UHGV virus genome: UHGV-0356033
DNA length: 45,424 bases
Strand: one strand, 5' to 3'
Source: a virus
The position numbers and the translations under genes are program-made. How positions within the stretch are numbered: the stretch's first letter is position 1; each line of letters starts with the position of its first letter. This document shows, piece by piece, positions 35,940 to 43,040 of the stretch. The notes under the pieces were generated by a model. The model saw only the letters and a list, made by a program, of their open reading frames with translations. It made no database searches and was not told where the DNA came from.

Positions 35940-36905
35940 ATGGAGAAATCCAGTGTTGATTTTTTCTCAATTGGTATCGTCGCGGAAGACAAACCCCGTG
36001 GTACAGATCGGGTAAAAGTGATACCAATTGAAACCAACTTTGCTAACCCTACCGTGGTGCAATCTGTTTCTTCAGCAACTGAAAAGACACACGAAACATC
36101 TGGTGCAACAGATAACCTAACCATTAAGACGGGAAACACGATAACGGCAAAGTGGTGGAAGTTTAACTCCAACCGAATTAATTCCCCTGACGTTAAACGA
36201 GAAGACTACGTTATCTTGTTACGTTTGGGGAAAACCGATATTTATTTTTGGATTGATCTGAACTTCGCTAACGTTAAGCGATTAGAAGATGCGGTTTATG
36301 CGTGGTCGGCTGACCCTGAAAACCAAATGGCGGATGACCTGTCGAACGCGTATGTGTTGAATGTCTCGACAATTGACAAACATATCACGCTAAGAACAAG
36401 TATGGTAAACGGCGAGAAAGCGGCGTGGTTGTTTCAGTTTGATAATGCAAACGGTACGTGGCAGTGTGTTGACCATAAAGGAAACAAGTATTACATTAAC
36501 TCGGTGGAAGACGATTTAGGTTTTGAGAATGCGATGCTTTCAAAAGTGAACATCAACAAAGAAGATGCGTTCATTTATTCAAAGCGTTCTATTAACCTGG
36601 AAACGAAAACGATTAATGAAAAATGTGAAGTCCGCAATACAGAAGCAGCGAAATCCGTTACGTTTAAAACACAAACCTGGTTAACGGAAGCGGGAAGTTC
36701 GACAACGTTTAAAACGCCGAACTTTAAACAAGAAGGGAAGGAAGCGATGTTCACCGGTAATTTGGAAGTCGCTAAGAACTTCAAATACGGTGGTACGGGT
36801 GAAGGTGTGGGTGTCTTTACGGTTAAAGATGCCATTATTTCCGGTATTACCTTTAGCGTTCACATTCACCAAGGTAAACATGGCCCGACATCACCTCCGC
36901 AGTAA
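35940..36905 (+). CDS. hypothetical protein (321 aa), possibly virion or tail associated
   Basis: ATG 35940 with AAGGAA SD; sits at head of rightward tail-fibre region; beta-rich T/N/K composition; function not recognised. Confidence 0.55.
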   Translation: MEKSSVDFFSIGIVAEDKPRGTDRVKVIPIETNFANPTVVQSVSSATEKTHETSGATDNLTIKTGNTITAKWWKFNSNRINSPDVKREDYVILLRLGKTDIYFWIDLNFANVKRLEDAVYAWSADPENQMADDLSNAYVLNVSTIDKHITLRTSMVNGEKAAWLFQFDNANGTWQCVDHKGNKYYINSVEDDLGFENAMLSKVNINKEDAFIYSKRSINLETKTINEKCEVRNTEAAKSVTFKTQTWLTEAGSSTTFKTPNFKQEGKEAMFTGNLEVAKNFKYGGTGEGVGVFTVKDAIISGITFSVHIHQGKHGPTSPPQ

Positions 36906-37022
36906 TTCCCCTTTTTCTTACGTTGTTTTTATATATTGTGACCTGACGTTGGTAAAACTTTTTATCAACACTTTTCTTAAACCCATCGTTTAGTTAAGCA
37001 GGCCACTTTTTCGCGCACTCTA

Positions 37023-37042
37023 CTCCTCCCTACGGGGAGGAG
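37023..37042 (+). other. G/C-rich stem-loop upstream of DUF1471 gene
   Basis: CTCCTCCC/GGGAGGAG stem with TACG tetraloop; weak U-tract, so insulator or weak terminator. Confidence 0.3.
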
Positions 37043-37111
37043 CTATCTTATGCTTCGGTTGTAACACACGTCGGTCTTAGACCAACATTCCTTTTGAAAT
37101 GGAGAGCTGTT

Positions 37112-37321
37112 ATGTCTATTAAAGAGTTCTCTTCTGCTGAGCATATTCCAGAAGAGTTTAAGAAAATCGGTAACGTTAGCGCTTTCGGCGACACCGTTGA
37201 TCATGTAACTGGTAAGCTGGCTGCTGAAGCCGAAAAAATTGGCGGCGACGCATTCAAGGTTATCGGTATTTCCGGCAACAACAAACTGCACGGTAACGCG
37301 ATTGTCTACAAAAAAGACTAA
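37112..37321 (+). CDS. DUF1471-domain protein (BhsA/McbA/YdgH-like), 69 aa, no signal peptide
   Basis: KIGNVSAFGDTVDHVTGKLAAEAEKIGGDAFKVIGISGNNKLHGNAIVYK matches, from memory, the C-terminal domain of E. coli BhsA (...LEEQLAQKADEMGAKSFRITSVTGPNTLHGTAVIYK); GGAGAG SD 5 nt before ATG 37112. Confidence 0.55.
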   Translation: MSIKEFSSAEHIPEEFKKIGNVSAFGDTVDHVTGKLAAEAEKIGGDAFKVIGISGNNKLHGNAIVYKKD

Positions 37322-37323
37322 GC

Positions 37324-37383
37324 GAAAAAAAAAAACGTGCTACTCCTACCCTCTTAGAGGGTAGGAGGTTACTTTATTTTTTT
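37324..37383. terminator. bidirectional intrinsic terminator
   Basis: A10 run, then palindrome CCTACCCTCT/AGAGGGTAGG (37345-37365), then TTACTTTATTTTTTT; serves DUF1471 gene and convergent gene 37374..38636. Confidence 0.65.
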
Positions 37384-38636
37384 CGTGCTCTAAAGCGATG
37401 CATTTCTAAATACACTTTTTCCCAGGGACCGAATGGACCGACGATTGCTTGCGCGTCGTTAATCTTCTTCTGATTATACCACCGGGCTTCACGAAAGACG
37501 TAGTTTTGACTGTCGAACTCCGTGGTGTTAAATACCCACTCACCCTCCTCCCATGTAGGCCAATAGCCCACCGTCTTTCCGAAGCGATTATTTAAGTACC
37601 CTAATGGTTTTTCAGAATCAGGATCGCTAGGGTCCTTGAGATAACAACGTCCCCAAACTGCGTTATGTGATACACCCACAACCTCTTCTTCTAAATACGG
37701 ATTATCTACCGTAAAGATAAACGAAGACTCGTGGAGTAAAAGTGCCTTTAATGTTTCGGGGTTGCGAATACGTTGGACATTAGTAGGTGTTGATAAATCC
37801 CCCACACCGATGGCGTCCCAGTCGTAATAGCGACGGGTTTCCAGAACGGTCCGTGCAAGATCAAAATTCGGTAAAGAAATCATGATCGCACGGTCGGAGA
37901 AATAACCGCCAGGAGGCAACCAACGTAACAGTCCACCGATGACGAAACCCACCGTTTTTCCCGTGATAGATTCGGGCAGCGAAATCATTAACGTGGAGTA
38001 ATAGTCACGTGTAGTATCGAGCTTGTTTAGGGTAAGGTTGGCAATGGGGTAAGTTTTAACATTCCCTAACTGACCAAAAACCATACAGCCGATATCTGGC
38101 GTACAGGCTCTTCGTACGATTTTACCGGCCCCGGGTAATCGGACACCTACGGTATCTGTCTGGTGCGGTACCCATTGACCGTTAATGTTGTACAGTACAC
38201 TATTACGGTATTTGTCCTTCCACTTGTCCTCACAAACGATGACAACGTCATCAGCATCGTCTAAGCTGAAATCTTGACTGTGGTGGTACCCAGGCGGACA
38301 CAGATATGTTTCAACGGGTACGTCAGCATTAATCGATTGGTAATGTGCCCAACTGAATTCGAGTTTCGGCAATCCGGCTTTTAGAGTAGGGATGACGTTT
38401 CCGGCTTTTTCATTTAACCAATCTTGTAAAGTGTCTGTTCGGTTTTGTAGTTCGGCAAGATGGTATTGGCTGACTAGCGTATAGTCTTTACCAAGTGCAC
38501 TTAAACCGATCTCAAAGGTGTGGTAGTCTGAACACAACGTATTTAAGGGTTGCGTGACATCGATGGCTCCCCAGGTACGGGACTCTCGAGAGAAGCCAAA
38601 AGCGCTGTCGGGCCGCACTTGATAAGCAGTAGTCAC
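37374..38636 (-). CDS. hypothetical protein (420 aa), GTG start
   Basis: Long minus-strand ORF between plus-strand tail genes; no ATG near 5' end; GTG 38636 with AGAGGA SD. Confidence 0.5.
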   Translation of the reverse strand: MTTAYQVRPDSAFGFSRESRTWGAIDVTQPLNTLCSDYHTFEIGLSALGKDYTLVSQYHLAELQNRTDTLQDWLNEKAGNVIPTLKAGLPKLEFSWAHYQSINADVPVETYLCPPGYHHSQDFSLDDADDVVIVCEDKWKDKYRNSVLYNINGQWVPHQTDTVGVRLPGAGKIVRRACTPDIGCMVFGQLGNVKTYPIANLTLNKLDTTRDYYSTLMISLPESITGKTVGFVIGGLLRWLPPGGYFSDRAIMISLPNFDLARTVLETRRYYDWDAIGVGDLSTPTNVQRIRNPETLKALLLHESSFIFTVDNPYLEEEVVGVSHNAVWGRCYLKDPSDPDSEKPLGYLNNRFGKTVGYWPTWEEGEWVFNTTEFDSQNYVFREARWYNQKKINDAQAIVGPFGPWEKVYLEMHRFRARKK

Positions 38637-38704
38637 AGCTCTTTTCCTCTATAGATTCAAGTCATAGTATGAACTTCGACGCCCACGGACTATAGGAGTA
38701 GAGA

Positions 38705-41700
38705 ATGGCTGTCGTCCTAGACCCACACTTCAAAAAACCGGGGAATAAAATAACCGGTGAAGCGGTCGCCGTCATTGGTACGAAATACCGAATGTTGGTA
38801 CCTGCCCACGCCCCTTTTTTCACCACATCCCTGGTGGTCAAGAGCGGCGGCAAAACACTGACTTTAGGCGACGATTACGTTATTACGCACCCGTACGAGA
38901 CCGGTATGTTGCGCACAGCCTATCTCATTCACGGGATGATTTGGATTGTTAATGACAAATACAAATCGAATTTTACGGTAGATTACCACGCCGTTGGTTG
39001 TGGTCAGGCTACCCAACAACAGATTACCGCAGAACGCGAACTCAATAAAGATAAATACCCGTCTGCGTGTCAGTGGGACACCGTCATCGGAGACGTTTAC
39101 TTTCCACCGGTCGATATCCAGTTCGATTGGGAGAATTGGAAAGGTGAACTGGAATTAATGCAGGCTATTGCTGGATTAGGCGATTCGTTAGGGGAAGTCG
39201 TGAGTCGGCTTAACCCCATCGCACGCAATACCCTGGATTTAGAATACCGTGCTAATAGCAAGGTTATCACTTCCGAGCAGTATGCCGTATACGACAATAA
39301 AGGTGGCTTCACCTACAACACTGCCCGTCATCGTTATAGCTTGAGTTATAAAACTGCAACCTTTAACGACTACGCCCTGTCAGTGAAACACAGAATTCCT
39401 GCTATTCTGCCAGACATGACGAAATTGAATCCAAACGAACAGATCGATTGGATGCTCTGTTATGCTAACGGCGGTGCAAGTATTCTACGGCTGCAGCTAA
39501 AACAGCGCAAAATCTCACTGGTCTTAACGGTCGCTATTGGTAGCGGTTCAACAAACTACGATTATACGTTAATCAACGGTTTAACTGACGATGAGTTAAA
39601 AAACGATATCGATTTTAGTGTAACCCGTCAACCCGGAAACGGTGTTTACGTCATCGTAGTAAAAACAAATAAACAGACCATGGATTACACATTCAATGTC
39701 GATACGCCGCCTGATGAGTTCTCGGCAGGGTATTCGAAAACGGATGTTGCTAAATGGTTGAAGTTTAAAACGAACATTAATTTAAACTGGTATGCGGCCG
39801 AAAACGATTATATTCAAATTCGTTCTTTACCCGGCGCACCAGAACCTGACATCGATAACGATGTTTACCAGTTAATAGTCAAATACCATCAGTTAGTTGA
39901 GCAGCTGTATCGTAACGCGCCTGCACACGAACACGTTACACGTAAGGACAACCCGCACACCGATACGTGGGGTCCGATCCGTGCGTTAGAGCTGAATGGT
40001 ATTGCGACAGATGCCGCGTTAGCTTACGGGAAGACGAAACAGCAGTTAACGGATTATGTTAATGCTAAGTACCCAACACAAGCAACGTTAACCGCACAGA
40101 AAAAACTGCTTCGTGAATCGCCGAGCAAGAACGTTAACGGCACGATTACCACACTTCCGGGTTTTACTTCGTTCACGACGGAAGTTGATCCGGTCTCGAT
40201 GTCGAAATACGTGAGTCCTTATTTTAGCGAAAGCTATGTTAGTAGTGGTCGCAGATATCACGGCGCGCTTCGTTATACAGGAGCGAAAAGCGGTTTCAGT
40301 GCTAACTTTAATGCAGTGCCTGCCAACCTGCAAGATATTGACTTTATTGTTACTGGACGTAAAACAGCGTCTGGTAATGAAGCGGTCGGTAGGGTTGGTT
40401 TACGTTTCTACGAAAATCCTGGTAGTAACTCCGGTAAGTACGTAGAGATTACCGGTGAAGTCTGGTCCGGTACTCTTACTATCGAACTGGCGTTGCACGG
40501 TTACGGTAGTCCGGTACCGGCAGTTCGGTATATTTCACAAGCTCCTAACCCGGCAATACCGGATGGGGATTTTACGCTACGTTTTCAACTGAAGCGTACA
40601 GGGAATGTGTTTGACGTCGTTATTACCGTAAACAGTAAAACGTATAGCGGTAGGATTAACTTCAATAACATGGACGTTGCGTTAGAAGCATTAGAGAATC
40701 AGCACCACTTTAAATCGCTGATCAATAATGTTGCCGACGCCGTTACCATTAGTTCGCAAAACAAAGGTAACACGGTTACCATTAAGAAAGCACCGGATGT
40801 TGTTGACGAGACACGTTTAGGTGCCCAGTTTGTTGTTGATCCGAAATCCATCAAGTTTATTGGCCAAGGTTCAACTGATGTTAACGTGGGTAACAACCCC
40901 GTAACGTTCCAAGCAGGTACTAACCAGCTTGTGCTATACCCCGATGACCGAGGATTGTTGTGGCGTGGTAAAAAACTCTTAGACCCCACCACCGTAGCCC
41001 CGTATCTGCCAGGCAATACCGCAGGTGGCACAGGTTTATTCTACGCAAGTTCGACAACAACGGTTACGATCACCGGTAGCGGGATAAAAGCCTCGCCGTT
41101 CGTAGCGACCTTTATTCTTCCTACCGCGACCGATACAACAGCTCTGGCAGCTTGGCAGTTGACCGATGAGTTCGGTACCGCTGAAAACCTTGCAGCAACG
41201 CCAGCACTGATTGAAAAACTCGATGCGGAGTTCACCGGTAAGTTAGTTGCAGTTAAATCGTACATTAACGACATGCAACTTACCAGCTCGGTTACTATCG
41301 ATAAGATTACCTTTGGTTTAGGTAACGTTGCGAATACGCCTGATGTCGATTTACCGATTTCTACAGCACAACGTGCGGAGTTAGATAAATACTCGCCTAA
41401 AGTTCACCAACACCCGTTTACCGCTTTTGGTACAGGGAACGCAACCACAGCGAAACGCGGTCTGATTAAATTTGGTCTGGATGTGGATGATGCGACTTTA
41501 GCACTCGATGGGAGTGTGGTAATGGCGCAGACTTCCCAGATTGAAAAATTGGAGCGCGCTGTCAGCGGTGTTGACTCGGAGGCACGTCTTGATATTATAC
41601 GTTTTGGTGAGTCTGGTAACGACTTAATAGACGTTACGGTCAAAGACAAAATTCTGGTCACGCTTCCAGCTTCAACGTATTTTATCGGTGGTGAAACATA

Positions 41701-43027
41701 CGACGTTCCGTTGATGACGATTAACGTCAGTGAACGTTTTCCGAAATTGAATACAGAAATCTACGCAGGGATTTTTGTTGATATTGTTGACAACAAAGCG
41801 AAGTATATTGTCCACGACAGCTACAGTCAGGCTGAAACGGATACCATGACGCGTGTAGGGTTGATTGGTGTTAACGACATTTCTGAGGTGTTCGTTACGG
41901 AGATGCGTAATGTCACACGGTTGGGCGATTTCCGTGAACTGAAAGATCATAAAGCCGATGACAACGCACACATTCAGCGCTCCGCGTCACGTGCAGCGCT
42001 TGGGTTAGCTAACTTAACGGTAGGCGCGCCTTGCTGGGCTTCTGGACTCCAGGCAGTAGTACGCGGTGAAGCAGATTGGCGTTATGTTGTCGATGGGCAG
42101 TATAAAGCCTTAGACGGGGTGAAATACGACCAGCTCGCATCCAAGTGGATTTTTGACGCGAAAGGGGTAAGCGATAACCTACACGGGTTTATCCACAACA
42201 TGTTCCCAGCTTTTAAGAACGCAGGAATGCGAGTCAGTTGGGAAACAGAAAGCAACGCAAAAACCGGCACGGTGTTAGAAACTGTTTTAGGTTGTTGGAA
42301 AAACACCGACGGCGAGTTTATGCGGTTGTCGTTACTTATCACTCGTGGTTATCGTTTAACTGACAGCAACGGTGAATATTGTTACGCAGGGTTCGGTTTG
42401 AACTTCGGTAGCGGGAAATCGGTAGTGGTAGGTTTCACACCAACGAAGCGTGTTACGGCTGCACCGTGGAATACGTTACAACCTGACGTAACGTTTACCC
42501 ACACCCGTGCTGCAAATAACGCAATAACGTTTAACGCAACATTGGCCTTAGCGGGCACTACGTATACCATCGTGGTGTTTTTATCTGCGACTGATAAATA
42601 CGTAAGTTGCACGGCAGCAGGGGGAGCTACGCAGAAAATCCCTCTAACTGACCGTTTAACTGGGTTCAATATCGCACCTATCGTTAACGATCCGTATACC
42701 CCTATTTACTACGGTTTAGGGGGACTTTATGAGGATGAAGTTCGTGCCAACATCCGTTCTACGGCAGATAGCGCAACCGCGAATAAAGTCTATGGTACGT
42801 TGTTAGACTATATTAGCAACTATTCCTCATTAAATCGTGTGCGCGTTATGGAATTGACCGGTGTCAGTTCAGACCCCGAAACGCTTAATGCGTTAGTGGC
42901 AACTGAATTTAATAACAACCTGGCGGATTACGCTGCGTTACCGATACCTCCTTATCTTAACAAGGAGCGCGTAATGTCGTTTATCGACACCAACAATAAA
43001 GTGCAGGCGGTAATCATTCGCGATTAA
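38705..43027 (+). CDS. tail fibre protein (1440 aa)
   Basis: Very long ORF, ATG 38705 with AGGAG SD; beta-rich G/T/N/V composition typical of fibres; segment TAKRGLIKFGLDVDDATLALDGS resembles fibre repeat; next gene is also fibre-like. Confidence 0.6.
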   Translation: MAVVLDPHFKKPGNKITGEAVAVIGTKYRMLVPAHAPFFTTSLVVKSGGKTLTLGDDYVITHPYETGMLRTAYLIHGMIWIVNDKYKSNFTVDYHAVGCGQATQQQITAERELNKDKYPSACQWDTVIGDVYFPPVDIQFDWENWKGELELMQAIAGLGDSLGEVVSRLNPIARNTLDLEYRANSKVITSEQYAVYDNKGGFTYNTARHRYSLSYKTATFNDYALSVKHRIPAILPDMTKLNPNEQIDWMLCYANGGASILRLQLKQRKISLVLTVAIGSGSTNYDYTLINGLTDDELKNDIDFSVTRQPGNGVYVIVVKTNKQTMDYTFNVDTPPDEFSAGYSKTDVAKWLKFKTNINLNWYAAENDYIQIRSLPGAPEPDIDNDVYQLIVKYHQLVEQLYRNAPAHEHVTRKDNPHTDTWGPIRALELNGIATDAALAYGKTKQQLTDYVNAKYPTQATLTAQKKLLRESPSKNVNGTITTLPGFTSFTTEVDPVSMSKYVSPYFSESYVSSGRRYHGALRYTGAKSGFSANFNAVPANLQDIDFIVTGRKTASGNEAVGRVGLRFYENPGSNSGKYVEITGEVWSGTLTIELALHGYGSPVPAVRYISQAPNPAIPDGDFTLRFQLKRTGNVFDVVITVNSKTYSGRINFNNMDVALEALENQHHFKSLINNVADAVTISSQNKGNTVTIKKAPDVVDETRLGAQFVVDPKSIKFIGQGSTDVNVGNNPVTFQAGTNQLVLYPDDRGLLWRGKKLLDPTTVAPYLPGNTAGGTGLFYASSTTTVTITGSGIKASPFVATFILPTATDTTALAAWQLTDEFGTAENLAATPALIEKLDAEFTGKLVAVKSYINDMQLTSSVTIDKITFGLGNVANTPDVDLPISTAQRAELDKYSPKVHQHPFTAFGTGNATTAKRGLIKFGLDVDDATLALDGSVVMAQTSQIEKLERAVSGVDSEARLDIIRFGESGNDLIDVTVKDKILVTLPASTYFIGGETYDVPLMTINVSERFPKLNTEIYAGIFVDIVDNKAKYIVHDSYSQAETDTMTRVGLIGVNDISEVFVTEMRNVTRLGDFRELKDHKADDNAHIQRSASRAALGLANLTVGAPCWASGLQAVVRGEADWRYVVDGQYKALDGVKYDQLASKWIFDAKGVSDNLHGFIHNMFPAFKNAGMRVSWETESNAKTGTVLETVLGCWKNTDGEFMRLSLLITRGYRLTDSNGEYCYAGFGLNFGSGKSVVVGFTPTKRVTAAPWNTLQPDVTFTHTRAANNAITFNATLALAGTTYTIVVFLSATDKYVSCTAAGGATQKIPLTDRLTGFNIAPIVNDPYTPIYYGLGGLYEDEVRANIRSTADSATANKVYGTLLDYISNYSSLNRVRVMELTGVSSDPETLNALVATEFNNNLADYAALPIPPYLNKERVMSFIDTNNKVQAVIIRD

Positions 43028-43040
43028 GGAGATTTTTTTG

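Noticed and set aside
225-41031. Numerous 60-135-aa ORFs on the opposite strand inside longer genes (for example 225..470, 2611..2910, 5771..6061, 26922..27167, 40699..41031)
   Set aside because: Embedded antisense within well-supported longer genes, lack SD sites, low-complexity translations; treated as chance ORFs
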